A stretch of 64,000 nt of DNA. Source: Eledone cirrhosa (Eukaryota). Made by a program: the position numbers and the translations under genes. Where the stretch lies: contig OZ024745.1 in the NCBI GenBank assembly GCA_964016885.1, forward strand, positions 112,530,001 through 112,594,000, in the 5' to 3' direction. Every line of letters starts with the position of its first letter. Within the stretch, counting starts at the first letter, position 1. Below, piece after piece: positions 40,727-56,482 of the stretch. The notes below the pieces were generated by a model. It worked only from the letters and a program-made list of their open reading frames with translations, had not been told where the DNA came from and did no database searches.

Positions 40727-41133
40727 GGAGAGATGACCCCTTAGCCTTTGTCAAGGCAGAATTCTAGGAGAAGGAAAACTCTGATATAACACCTGCAACC
40801 CTGATGGTATCCAATGATGTTGACTTGTTCTTCTTTTTGGTAAATATCATCTTAGTTAAGAGAGTGGGACTGGCTTTGTGCAGTGCCTTTGCTCACTATA
40901 AAAGCTTCACAGCACAGGCATTGCTTTATATCTGGAGATCTCTCTGCACTTGTTGTCACATGGTACCATGGGCCCAGTACTATGTATCAATAATTGTCAC
41001 AAGTGTAGTGTTTGTACCAGAGTTTTCAAGTCGCTGGCTGGACTAAAAAGTCACACTCGTTCAGCGCATCGGTAGGGGTTCTCCTACATGGATATAAAGT
41101 AGTGGCCGTACTCGAAAACGAGTTGGCAGCCAC
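40727..41133 (+). mobile_element. Family T retroelement, 5' truncated, within (TATG)n
   Basis: Near-identical to 42092-42497. Confidence 0.85.
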
Positions 41134-41429
41134 CATGTATGTATGTATGTATGTATGTATGTATGTATGTTCTTCTGGTTTTATAATTTCACAAATTTTT
41201 ACCAATAGAGACACAAGACTCTCATTGGAATTTACACAACATCAACTAGGTAGATATGTATGTCTGTATGCATGTGTAGATATGGATGTTATTGTATGTG
41301 TGGATGTGTATGTTTTGAGTTGTATGTGTGCATGTGTATATGATTTGTATCTGTACATGTGTATATGCAGTTATTAGATGCAAAATGTTTGGAATGTTTT
41401 ACATATTTTTACTCTTCTATTAATGGATT

Positions 41430-41800
41430 GTACTTGTAATTTCCTAACTAGTTTGTTCTAGCTTCTCAAGATTTGTATTGATGCAGTTACTAACATATCC
41501 CAGTGCCCCAATTAATCACAGGCATCAATCTGAAGGTGTAATCAGGGTGGAGTATCTGTAGATTTCTCATTAGTTGTGCATAAATATTCCCCTTTTTGCT
41601 AATCTTTGATATTATATTGGCATCTTCTGGGCAGCTAACTTCCACTACTGTGCATGCTTTCTTTTCCCTGTTCCATATCATAATATCTGGTCTGTTATGC
41701 CTGCATTTTATTGGGGTTTTTACTGCAACCTTTCACCAGTATGGATGTCTTCCACATTGCTGTAGCTTTTAATGTGTTTATTATCGGGGCTATCTTTTTT
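41430..41800 (-). pseudogene. Restriction-like endonuclease domain fragment of an R4/NeSL-type non-LTR element
   Basis: CRHNRPDIMIWNREKKACTVVEVSCPEDANIISKISKKGNIYAQL fits the RPD...D/E...P...KxxxY motif. Confidence 0.8.
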
Positions 41801-41892
41801 ACGGTATGTATGTACGTATGTATGTATGTACGTACGTACGTATGTACGTACGTACGTATGTACGTATGTATGTATGTATGTATGTACGTATG

Positions 41893-42497
41893 TCAGGTCA
41901 CAAGTTGGTGCTACTGGTAACATGTATCCCAGTACAACCTGTCTCATGGTCGGGTCGTTGGCGACTAAACTGGCAACCCCACCAAGGTTTCTTGGTGAGG
42001 AGGGTGACTTTGGACATCCTGCAGGACTAAAAACAAAACCTGTCAAAGGGCAAAGGAGCTCTTAAGAGTCAATGGCCATCCAAAATCACCGGGAGAGATG
42101 ACCCCTTAGCCTTTGTCAAGGCAGAATTCTAGGAGAATGAAAACTCTGATATAACACCTGCAACCCTGATGGTATCCAATGATGTTGACTTGTTCTTCTT
42201 TTTGGTAAATATCATCTTGGTTAAGAGAGTGGGACTGGCTTTGTGCAGTGCCTTTGCTCACTATAAAAGCTTCACGGCACAGGCATTGCTTTATATCTGG
42301 AGATCTCTCTGCACTTGTTGTCACATGTACCATGGGCCCAGCACTATGTGTCAATAATTGTCACAAGTGTAGTGTTTAAACCAGAGTTCTCAAGTCGCTG
42401 GCTGGACTAAAAAGTCACACTCGTTCAGCGCATCGGTAGGGGTTCTCCTACATGGATATAAAGTAGTGGCCGTACTCGAAAACGAGTTGGCAGCCAC
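41893..42497 (+). mobile_element. Family T non-autonomous retroelement, apparently full length (605 bp)
   Basis: Structured 5' end, RTE-5'UTR-like CTAGGAGAA.GAAAACTCTGA motif, 3' stem-loop GTGGC..ACTCG-AAAA-CGAGT..GCCAC followed by (TATG)n. Confidence 0.8.
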
Positions 42498-42556
42498 TAT
42501 GTATGTACGTGCGTATGCATACATGTTTCGGTAGTGTGTGTATATTTGCCTTTAGC

Positions 42557-42641
<85 letters not shown>

Positions 42642-43341
42642 CTAAAGGCAAATATACACACACTACCGAAACATATATTTATATAAATGCACAGAAACAT
42701 GTATGCATACGTACGTACTGTCTTTGTATGACTGTATGTGAGTATGTGACTTTGCGTATGTATGCATGTATGTGAAATCTAATGAATAACTATTTTGACG
42801 TATTTTTTTTTCTTTTTTCACCTCCTTGGGGCGATCGGAAGTGAGAGGAATAAATATATGGCGACAGGAACAACACAGAAACGTAGAGTCAGAGAAGCAA
42901 AACATAAAATATAGACAGATAGACAGTCAAGTCAAAAAAACCGAGAGATAGAGAGAAACAAACAGATACGTGTAAAACAAAAATAGAGAGAGACAGTCGA
43001 TTTACATAGATAAACAGACACTTACATAGGCAGAAAGATAGGCAGATATACAGTTAGAGAGAGACAGACAAAGAGGTAAAGAGAGCGGTAAATAGGTAAA
43101 GTTATAAACAGTTACATAAATAGACAGACTATTGCATAGGCGGAGTGGAAGATAAGGAGACAAACGGTTAAAGGGATACCCACATAGATAAAGAAGCAGG
43201 CAGAGATTGGGGATATTTTCAGGTGAATATATTTTGGATAAAGAAGAATGACGGAGAAATATATGGGAATTTTGAGCTATCGAGATGTATAAGAGTTGTA
43301 GATAAGGTTTACAGCAAGAATGGTTGTTTGTCTCTTTTCCT

Positions 43342-43846
<505 letters not shown>

Positions 43847-43876
43847 TTACAGCAAGAATGCTTGTTTGTCTCTTTT

Positions 43877-43976
<100 letters not shown>

Positions 43977-44099
43977 AATCTACCAAAATATACGGTAGTG
44001 TCCAATCCGTATGAAGAACTCAATGTAATCCAAATATCATGAAAAGAGAAGATGTATTCAAAATTTTTTCGATGAAAAACACAGGAAAACAGAGTCAAG

Positions 44100-44766
<667 letters not shown>

Positions 44767-44769
<3 letters not shown>

Positions 44770-44835
44770 TGATGAAAGAATTATATCCAAAACCTTAAAA
44801 CGCTTTCTCCCGTGTTATTTTTCTTTGTCGATTTT

Positions 44836-44927
<92 letters not shown>

Positions 44928-45002
44928 TTGAGAAAAATCAACAAAGAAAAATAATACGGGAGAAAGCGTTTTAAGGTTTTGGATATAATTCTTTCATCAG
45001 AA
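44767..45002. repeat. Inverted repeat (~73-bp arms) with (TA)n as spacer
   Basis: 44767-44840 vs 44929-45002. Confidence 0.93.
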
Positions 45003-45553
45003 TATAGAATGAGAGAGATGAGGGAGAAGAGATAGAGAGATACCAGACTAGACATAAAGGAAAAGACTAAACACATTCTTCAGAACTATACCCAAAGCAC
45101 ATCCACCATATTTACAACCAGACCTATACTAATTATTTCTACGGGTCGACGGATATTTTCAAGCTATAGTCATCATACTACACGGTTTCTGTGTATCTGC
45201 CGTGGACATGTATTCATGTATTTAAGTATGTCTATGTGTGAATATATCTATCTATGTATCTATGTATGTATTTATGCATGACAGTATGTCTTTTTTGTCT
45301 AACTATCTGCCTGCCTGCCTGCCTGCCTCTCTGTCTGTCTGTTTGTCTGTCTGTATGTATGAATGTATGTATATATGTATGTATGTATGAATGTATGTAT
45401 GTATGTATGAAAGTATGTATGCATATATGTATGTGTGTATGAATGTATGTATGAATGTATGTATGCATATATGTATGTATGCATGAATGTATGTATATAT
45501 GTGTATATGTATGCATATATGTATGTATGTATGTAGGTAGGTAGGTATGTATG

Positions 45554-46074
45554 TCGGGTCACTCTTGAGTGCTACTGGTAACTTGTAACCCAGTACAACC
45601 TGTCGCATGGTCGGGTCGTCGGCGACTAAACCGGCAACCCCACCAAGTTTACTTGGTGAGGAGGGTGATTTTGAACACCCTGCAGGTAAAAAACAAAACC
45701 TGACAAAAGGCGGAAGAACTTATAAGAGTCAACGGCCATCCGAAAGTGTGTAAATATGTATATACACATGTACCGCACGGTTAAACCACTGGGAGTGAAG
45801 GACCCATAGCCTTTGTCAGGGCATTCTTCTAGGAGAAGGCATCTCAGGAAACTGGGTTAACTCCGATATAAAACCTGCAGCTCAGTAGTTACCGATGATG
45901 TTGATCTTTTCTTCTATTCGGGTTATAGTTACTGTCGCTCAGAGAGTGGGATTGGCTCAGTGCACAGTCTTTCCTCACTTTAAAAAATATCTCCACGCAC
46001 AGGCATTGCGTGATAGAATTAATTAATAATTATTAATAATGGTATATCGTGCAATGGCCATACTCGATAGCCAT
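45554..46074 (+). mobile_element. Sister subfamily of family T in (TATG)n
   Basis: 5' ~190 bp closely matches 41893-42080; the body diverges; ends TGGCCATACTCGATAGCCA followed by (TATG)n. Confidence 0.75.
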
Positions 46075-46119
46075 CATGTATGTATGTATGTATATATGTT
46101 TCAATATATGATGAATAAT

Positions 46120-46790
46120 ACGATTTTTCTCAAATGGCAGGCTGTTCTTCTGGTTACCAAGCATCATTCATTGTTAGTCAGTAGAAGATGTCCCCAGTTT
46201 ACAGTGTTACTGATCAAGGACTGAAGTTTATCTATTATGATATTACGTTATCTCTTTATGGTTTATTCTAAGGACACTTACTGAAAACTATTTCACCATA
46301 AAGTCATGTTTTTAGTAACCTGAGATCATCAAGAGGGATGACATGACAAACTCATCACGTATGATATTTGATAAAGCGAGGTTCAATTCGTAGACAACAC
46401 AACTTTACCAATATATTTGTGTTAGGTGTACAAAATTCCCAACTGATGTTTATTAAACACCATTCTTGTCAATTAGGAGAGGCCACATATTAGGAGATCT
46501 GCAGGAGACATTTTCTGGCATCCTATGCCATCAACCCAAGTCACTCATGGCTGTCATTCATGTATAAATTAATGGACATCCAGTGTCGGGTTGAAAATGT
46601 ATTTTGGACGAAGGCACAAGAGCATAGGTTCTGTTGATGAAGAACCACACCAAAGTCCGTGTTATATTTGTCTTATAAAATGAAAACAAAGTCGGGCTTT
46701 GGTGTCATATAAAAGCCCATGACAGAGAGGGTAACATATGTGATACAAGAAAAGGACAACAGTAAATAGTTTTACACGAAAATGAGTTGA
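46120..46790 (-). pseudogene. Degenerate RTE (BovB-like) LINE fragment
   Basis: Minus strand CHVIPLDDLRLLKT*LYGEIV resembles GHVxRMxDxRLPKxxLYGEL. Confidence 0.55.
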
Positions 46791-46809
46791 CGGTCAATAC
46801 GTATGTATG

Positions 46810-47196
46810 TTTGTCAAGGCAGAATTCTAGGAGAAGAAAAACTCTGATATAACACCTGCAACTCTGATGGTATCCAATGATGCTGACTTGTTCTTCCTTT
46901 TGGTAAATATCATCTTGGTTAAGAGAGTGGGACTGGCTTTGTGCAGTGCCTTTGCTCACTATAAAAGCTTCACGGCACAGGCATTGCTTTATATCTGGAG
47001 ATCTCTCTGCACTTGTCATCACATGGGACCATGGGCCCAGCACTATGTGTCAATAGTTGTCACAAGTGTAGTGTTTGTACCAGAGTTTTCAAGTCGCTGG
47101 CTGGACTAAAAAGTCACATTCGTTCAGCGCATCGGTAGGGGTTCTCCTACATGGATATAAAGTAGTGGCCGTACTCGAAAACGAGTTGGCAGCCAC
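46810..47196 (+). mobile_element. Family T retroelement, 5' truncated
   Basis: Near-identical to 42111-42497; (TATG)n on both sides. Confidence 0.85.
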
Positions 47197-47291
47197 CATG
47201 TATGTATGTATGTATGTGTGTGTCTATGTGTAGGGACGAATGGTATTAGATATATGTGTACTTATAACTCTCTCTTTATGTATATGCATAG

Positions 47292-47409
<118 letters not shown>

Positions 47410-47479
47410 GTGTATGTATGTATGTATGTGTATGTGTGTGTGTGTGTATGCATACACACACACACACACACACACACAC

Positions 47480-47513
<34 letters not shown>

Positions 47514-47834
47514 ATATGAAATCGAATCAAAAACTATATTGACGGCTGTTTTCACTTACTTGTCGCGATCGGAAGTGAGAAAAATAAATAAATACAAGCC
47601 GGAAAACAAACAGACAAACAAAAACAAAATACACACGAAGATAAATAAACAGATAGGAAGTTACAAAGACGGACTTCTAGAGATACAGAAGCAGGCAAAG
47701 ATTGGGGAGATTTTGATATCAAATAAAGGACACTAAGAGAGAAATCTGTCGGAATTTTGAGCTAGCAAGATGAATGAGGGACGTATATAATTTTAGCTGT
47801 AAGATGCATATGTCTATTTGTCTGTATGTCAACT

Positions 47835-47881
<47 letters not shown>

Positions 47882-48761
47882 GCAAAATAAATAAATGAAA
47901 GAGTTACAAGCCGTTAAATCATATCTTTATAAAGCTCTTACACATCTTTCGCCCAATGGGGCTCGTCTGAGGAAGATATTAAGGCAAAGTTTTAATAATT
48001 TTACATCACAGTGCACATTAAATATACTTGGTTAAGTATAAAACACGGTGGGAAGAGATTAGTATGCTAAGGGAGGTAATTACCGGTGCTAGTAAAACGT
48101 TTCTTCTCTAACTCATGACCTTTACCAGCTATGTAAAATGTTTTATTTTATTATTTAAAAGGAATTAACCTAAGTAAGGTTAGTCAACTCAGTGTAAATG
48201 AGGCCGTGTTAAGGTGTGAGTATGAATAATTAGTAAAGTTGTTAAAGACCACACACAGGTTTAACTAGTGCAATGGGGCACGTTAGGTGCGAATCTGAAG
48301 GCCTAGGAAAAATAAAGTCAATTTGGATATAATTTGTATATTCATATGATCGATTGTCTAAGAAATTGCTTGGGTATAGGCAACAGTTCTGTAAGATTAC
48401 CCAAAGACCCGTCTGGCCAAGTGGAAGAATATAGCGGGGTAGGCCTGGCTGAACATACGCAGTGCAGCTTCCTGGTGGGAAAACAGAGGGTGGATGATGG
48501 TGTTATTTCACGTTGTTTAATGGTAACACACAGACACCCACACACACGCACATACCACACGCACACACACACACACACGCACACATACATACACACTCGC
48601 ACATACTCAATGGGTTTTTTTAAAAAATATATACGAATATACTACCCCACAACCATGTTCATACTTAGGTAAATATATACATGATCTCGGTATGATTGTC
48701 ATCATACTTGCATACATCTGTGGCAAATCAAATTTGCTTGAAAAATATATTTTCCTCGTAG

Positions 48762-49021
48762 GTATATTCACTGCATAGATTATTGTTGTATATTCACTGC
48801 ATGGATTATTGTTGTATATTCACTGCATGGATTATTGTTGTATATTCACTGCATAGATTATTGTTGTATATTCACTGCATGGATTATTGTTGTATATTCA
48901 CTGCATGGATTATTGTTGTATATTCACTGCATGGATTATTGTTGTATATTCACTGCATGGATTATTGTTGTATATTCACTGCATGGATTATTGTTGTATA
49001 TTCACTGCATAGATTATTGTT
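48762..49021. repeat. Minisatellite, 10 x 26 bp GTATATTCACTGCAT(G/A)GATTATTGTT
   Basis: Exact period of 26; one variable position (A in copies 1, 4 and 10). Confidence 0.98.
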
Positions 49022-50142
49022 GTTTTCGATGGTTGGTCCCAAGTGAGTTCTAATCTAATAGACCTATAAGATTTCCAACCATGACTTTCAATAAGAGTAT
49101 TTAAGTCTAGATTGCCATTATATCTTGTTTTTAAGGTCGGGAAATGTGACTGTTACTTCTTAATGATGTAGCTACCACGTAGATAGTCTTTCACTGATTC
49201 GAGGCATTGGTAATGTTGGTGTTGGGATATTGTATTGTGATTCCATGTCAGCTCTAATCAAACACAAACCTTATCAAATGCCCCCACCCTGCCATTGATC
49301 ATTTCATCGTTTTAAAAATATAGTGTAGCAAGGAATGCACTCTCAAATATGTGTATGTATTTCTTTTTAATGATAAAAGAGTGAATTTTGAGAAAGATTT
49401 ACTGCTATTTCTAGCAGGTTAGTGAACACAATGTTTCCTCCGTTTGTGCTCATTGTTTTCAGAATGAAAAATAGATTTATTTTCAAGTATGTTCCATTAT
49501 CAACAATTCCAGTCTTACCATTTCAGTCTCGTAGAAACCTGGCATAACAGACTTACATAACACCTTCCAATTCTATTGTCTGCATTCTTATCAGCAACTC
49601 AATAAAACATCAGATATAACCAGCCATTCCAATCATCAACATACACACTCCACATATACTACGTACAAAAATACTAGGTAAGGAATTACATATAGCAACT
49701 CTACAACATCTACAGCACATACAGAACGATATTTGGCTAAATCAAGTATACAAACAATACAGTCGATCCATTATAGATTACGCTAGTCCTTTCATCACTG
49801 CCAACCACTTTGCAAAGAAATCCTAACAAACGACAAAACGAGCCAAGCAGGGAAACGCTATAATAACTCGATTTTCTAGAAATAGCAAACGAATCACTAC
49901 CTAATCACAGTCAAACATTAAAAAAAAGAAGAACCCATTGGAAAATAGGGATCCCTGGATATACAAAAAATGTGAAATGGTCATAGATGGAACGCCTTGT
50001 TCTATTCGATGAAGACTACACAACTCTATCCATTCACTGTTGTTGTTCCAGTTGTTAACACCTAGGTCAACCCTATAATTAAGTGCATTCCATCCGTGAC
50101 CACCATGCAGAGTTTCATTATTTAGTGTATCCAATAGCGATA

Positions 50143-50355
50143 GATTGGCAGTAACGGTAGAGGGTCGGACGCCATGCTTTTGCAGCATAGAGATACGGCC
50201 TTTTACGGTCTGATTTCAAATCCCGCCAAGGTTAACTTTGCCTTTCATCCTTACGGGGTCGATAAAATAAAGTACCAGTAACGTACTGGGGTTGATTTAA
50301 TCGACTTTCCCCTCCCCCAAATTACTGGCCTTGTGTCTATACTAGAAATCATTAT
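50143..50355 (+). mobile_element. SINE family A
   Basis: Match to family A. Confidence 0.9.
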
Positions 50356-51432
50356 TTAGTGTATCCAGATCCAAAGCGGCCGGGTATGATTTGAAGGAGA
50401 CTTGGCTGCTTTTCCTTGCTGGTCTATCAACTAAACAGAGAATCCTTTACAGTGCTGACCTTGAATTGTCTTTTCCACCTACTGACCAATTCACTGTAGT
50501 GTTCAGTAGACAATCAGGTCACCGAGATTCATAAACACGTGATGGTTACGGTTGGCATGCCTATGATTATACATTTGCCTGTTCGATCCTGGCTGATCTA
50601 GCTCTCAACAATAGCAACAATCAATGAAAAATCCTCTACGAGGTTACTTGATTTGCAAGAAATAGCTGCTAAATCTCACTCAATTAATATCCCAGCGTCT
50701 TAAAATACGGACACATTGGAACAATGTAGTCCTACATATAAAATCTACTACTACTACGGCCGTCACACTTAAACGACAATGACTTGGTAAGAAGTACTAT
50801 ACTTTCTCTAATGGACTTCGTCGTCAATACAGTCATAAGCGGAATAGGACATCTCTTTCCCTCTACCCTTTCAACCTTGATCCAGCAGAACATCCAGAAT
50901 ACGACAGCTAGAGGAAGAGAGAATTGCCCCAGCACTGGGCAAGTACTTATTTTAATGTCTCCGAAAGGATGAAAGCCAAAGTAAACAGAACATAGAAAGC
51001 CGGAACAAATATCACAACATACTCTAATGACCATTAAGTTGACTGCCCTAGATTTACTATACCTAAAAGATGCGATGGTCATGGCTGGAATGTCTTTGAT
51101 CATAGGCTTGCTCGCACCGAGCTAATGTAATACTAAACAACAGCAACCAATATTTCAATTAAAGAATCAATCGCTCTGTTATTCATTCTTTCAATGAATC
51201 AATCAACGAATTAATCGGTCAGTTAATTATTATATTGATCGACTGTTCTAACAGTACTATTGGTTTCTGTATGGAAGTATAATCTGTTCATTGCTCCGGA
51301 AGACAAGCTGATAGGCGAAACGTCAACGACTTCTCGCGTAATGAGTTAAATCCATTAATTACTCACTTACCTGCTCACACACTCACTCATCTACTCACTC
51401 CCTCTCTCTCTCTCTTTCACCCACTCACCTAC

Positions 51433-51492
<60 letters not shown>

Positions 51493-51502
51493 ACCCACTC
51501 AC

Positions 51503-51547
<45 letters not shown>

Positions 51548-52168
51548 TATTCACCTACTCTCTCTCACTCACCCACTAATTCTCTCGCTCACACACTCAC
51601 CTACTCACACTCTCACTCCCTCTTTCACTCCTTTAACTACTCCCCTTCTAACCCACTCAGTCAATTTGGCACATCGAGACGTGAAAGAAGAGATGGCTTG
51701 AACAGGAAGTATGTAATTTGTCTTAATCATAAAGTCAAAATTAAAACAAATTATATATTGATTTCTTCAATTTCTTACATAGGCTTCTTCTTCTTCTTCT
51801 TCTTCTTCTTCTTCTTCTTCTTCTTCCAAGCGAAACCAGCGGAGCCCATGGCTACCTCTAAAAAAAAAAGAAAAGCCTAGTCTTCGAGGGGCAGAGATAA
51901 GTACCGAATTGGTGACTGGCGAGATGAGGCCATCAACACACTACAATATGACTGGAAACATAGACATGTATACTTAAACTTTGGTGAAGGTTGGCTATAT
52001 CGACACCAGTGCTTGGCCGATACTTTATTTTATCGACACCAGAAGTATGGAAGGCAAGTTTGATCTAAGTAAGATTGGAACTCAGAATGTAAAGAACCTG
52101 TACAAATAAAGAAACAAAGTATGTTGTTCGATGCGTTAATCGTTCTATCAACACACCATCCATGACAT

Positions 52169-52346
52169 TCAGTATCGGTAGAGGGTCGGACGCCATGCTT
52201 TGCAGCACAGTTACGTCCCTTTACGGACTGAGTTCAAATCCCGCCGAGGTTAACTTTGCCTTTCATCCTTACGGGGTCGATAAAATAAAGTACCAGTAAT
52301 ACACTGGGATAATTGCTGGCCTTGTGCCAAAAAGTAGAAACAATTA
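52169..52346 (+). mobile_element. SINE family A (an older inverted copy lies at ~52000-52160)
   Basis: Match to family A. Confidence 0.9.
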
Positions 52347-52787
52347 TATATTAAGAACAGAATTACAGTTAAATGAAGTAAAGTCTAGATAATATTCGTG
52401 TTATAGTGGATGCGTGTACAATGTAAGTCAGAATAGTTTGTTGTACACACCAAGGAAGGGTAAACAATAATAAATCAAAAGAAGATTTCGTGGGATATCA
52501 AATAAATGTAGTTGCAATGACGTTTCGGATTCTTACCTTTCATCAGAGGATTAAAATATATCGACTTTTTCCACTCTGTTGAAAGGTAAGACGGCAAAAT
52601 GTCTACTCACAGGCAACTAAATTCATCGACAATACATGATCTCTCTTTCGGCCAAATGAGGTTTGTCAGACTTCTAATTGGCGCCTGCATGCTATCTAAT
52701 TAATCTATCAGAATTGTTCGATGTTCGAATGGCGAGAAACTGATCTATCAGTTTAGATAGAAGATAGAATTGTAGCGACCTATCTTG

Positions 52788-53820
<1,033 letters not shown>

Positions 53821-53992
53821 TACAGCAAATGTTAAAGTTAACGCCAGTCTGGTTGATTGATGGGATTATTTTTTACTAATGATGAGGTTATCGTTCGTCT
53901 TGTTGGTATTATTTTCATAGTGATCATGGCAGTATGGTTATGGATTATGGTAGTACTGGTTGTAGTGGTGTGGCTACTGGTATAGATAGATA

Positions 53993-54463
53993 TATTTCTT
54001 TATTTGCCACAAGGGCGCACAAGAAAAGGGGACAATACAAGAAGGACATATGCCAGGTTGAAGATGAGAGCAATAGGAGGAAAGGAGCACTTGGATTGGG
54101 CCTTCTCTGTATATAAACCTGTAGGTTGAAGATGAGAGCAATAGGAGGAAAGGAGCACTTGCACAACACTCTAATGGAGTTGAGGGTTTTGTTCTATCTA
54201 CGGGGTATTAAACAACCCATTTGTAACGCCTGCCCACCCCTATTGGGGATTTCGATTGTGTACAATCGTGTAAAAAAAATGTTAAACAAACAAATTCAAC
54301 AATCGAATCCCCAATAGGGGTGGGGAGGCGTTACAAATGGGTTGTTTAATACCCCCTAGATAGAACAAAACCCTCAACTCCATTAGAGTGTTGTGCAAGT
54401 GCTCCTTTCCTCCCATTGCTCTCATCTTCAACCTACAGGTTTATATACAGAGAAGGCCCAATC
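53993..54463 (-). mobile_element. Tx1/L1-like 3' end followed by a long inverted duplication
   Basis: 53993-54040 resembles the reverse complement of 62005-62050. 54093-54259 is inverted at 54299-54463. 36-bp direct repeat at 54057 and 54125. Confidence 0.65.
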
Positions 54464-54599
54464 ACTCGGGCTATTTTTGCTACATTCACCCACCTTTCAG
54501 TAAATTTACTGGGGCGCAGTGCCTCTCTCTCTCCCTCCACTCTGATTCTCCTTCTAAAGTGGTACCTAAAGAAGGGAATTAGTTGTTGTCCGGAGAGCA

Positions 54600-55440
54600 A
54601 GATAGTGGCGGTGTTAGTCCTGCTAGTTGTAATGGTAGGGATTGTAGCTGTAATGGTAGTAGTGGTTGTGGTGGTGGTAATCGTAGTAAAGTTATGGATT
54701 ATGGTAGTAGTGGTTGAAGTGGTGTGGTGGTGCGGCTAGTGGTGGTGTTGGCCTTAGTAGTTGTAATGGTAGGGATTGTAGCTGTAATGGTAGGATTGTA
54801 GCTGTAACGGTAATAGTGGATGAGGTGGTATGGCTAGTGATGGTATGGCTAATGGTATGGATACTGCTGGTGTTGGTCCTTGTAGTTTCAATAGAAGAGA
54901 TTGTAGCTGTAATGGTAATAGTGGTTGTGGGGGTGACAATCGTAGTAGGGCTATGGATTATGGTAGTGTGGCTAGTGGTGGTATGGCTACTGGTAGTTGC
55001 AATAGAAGGGATTGTAGCTGTAATGGTAGTAGTGGTTGTGGTGGTGTGGCTAGTGGTGGTATGGCTACTGGTAGTTGAAATAGAAGGGATTGTAGCTGTA
55101 ATGGTAATAGTGGTTGTGGGGGTGACAATCGTAGTAGGGCTATGGATAATGGTAGTAGTGGCCAGTGGTATGGCTAGTGTTGTTGTTGGTCCTGGTAGTT
55201 GCATTAGAAGGGATTGTAGTAGTAATGGTAGTAGTGGTTGTGGTGGTGGTGGTAATCGTAGTAAGGTTATGAATCGTTGCAGTAGAGGTTGAGGTGGTGG
55301 TGTTGGTGTTGGCAGTTACAGTTTTGGCTGTAATGGTGAAAGTGATGCTTCTGGTGAGGCCTATAGTAGTAAGGTTATGGATCGTGATAGTATGGTAGTA
55401 GTAGTAGAGGTAGTTATAGTGATTGTCGTAATACAAGAGA
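54600..55440 (-). repeat. Thr/Ile/His-rich low-complexity tract (mucin-like, frameshifted)
   Basis: Recurrent GATTGTAGCTGTAATGGTA; Thr-rich reading switches frame at least three times. Confidence 0.75.
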
Positions 55441-55869
55441 TTATTCTACAAAGCAAAAGATAGGCTGCTAAGCAAGACCTAATCGTGTTTACACAAGGAT
55501 AAACATTTATTTCGTGCAGATGTGGATGGATTCATTATAGAGGCAACGTTCTGATTTATTATAGGGGATTCAAGATCTGTAAGAAATCAAATCATGGATC
55601 GAAAGTTTCTACAAATAAGGTCACTTAAGGCCACCTTATTTAGATGATTCACCACCAACACAATTGAAGTTTCAAGAAAAAGAAAGTGCATACATGCATG
55701 CATGGTCTCATAACACATGAGAGAGTCGTAGGGGCACCGTAGTCACCAACGGCATCTTTAAACCTGGCGGAGCCCAGCTCCACTCCAGGTCTGAATACAG
55801 CAGATTTCTTTCAGAGAAGGATAGAGAGAGTGAAAGAATGGGGATGGAAAAGCGTTATAAAAGAAGGAT

Positions 55870-56020
55870 CACCCTCAGTACTAGACTGGTACTTTTTTTT
55901 ATCGACCACGAAAGGATGAAAGGTAAAGTTGACCTCGGCGAGATTTGAACTTAGAGAGCCGGAACGAATACTGCAAAACATTCTATCCGACGTTCTAACG
56001 ACTCTGCCAATTCGCCGCCT
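55870..56020 (-). mobile_element. SINE family A, older subfamily
   Basis: ATCGACCACGAAAGGATGAAAGGTAAAGTTGACCTCGGCG...CTGCCAATTCGCCGCC. Confidence 0.85.
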
Positions 56021-56309
56021 TGATAAGACAGTTTCCTATTTGCTGTCTACAAGTTTACAACATCTCCATCTAGTGGATTAGCATTGTCGTTTCGGAAAGT
56101 CAACCTGGCGCATGAGTTATCTTTAGAGACTTGACTCGTAGCTCGGTAGTTCTAAACGAGAGTAGGGAGACAATTTCTCAATCCGGAGAGCCAATTCCGG
56201 TTCAACTGTAGTCCCTTTAACTAAGAAAGGCTTATGTCAAAGTTGAGTAGCAGTAGAAGGTTGTTGAGTCCTATTTACTGGTTACTGTACCCTCGAGGCA
56301 TACACTTAG

Positions 56310-56482
56310 CAGTGGCGTAGCTAGAGGGAGTGCCGTTCGGGGTAGCCCTTGAATTTGCCGATCCCTCGGATCACACATACTTAAAATATATCTAACATAT
56401 TGTAAAGTGCAGCCAGCATAAAAGTTTCGCCTGAGGCCCATCGCCCCTTTCTCGCACACCACCACACCTAGCTATGCTACTG
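56310..56482. mobile_element. hAT-type MITE (173 bp)
   Basis: TIRs CAGTGGCGTAGCTAG / CTAGCTATGCTACTG; imperfect 8-bp TSD ACACTTAG / ACTCATAG. Confidence 0.7.

Noticed and set aside
48342-48530. GIY-YIG endonuclease remnant upstream of a decayed hammerhead
   Set aside because: Only faint motif echoes (IKQR, WVIL); not supportable by eye.
48762-49021. CRISPR array
   Set aside because: Repeats are contiguous with no spacers, there are no cas genes, and the context is eukaryotic.
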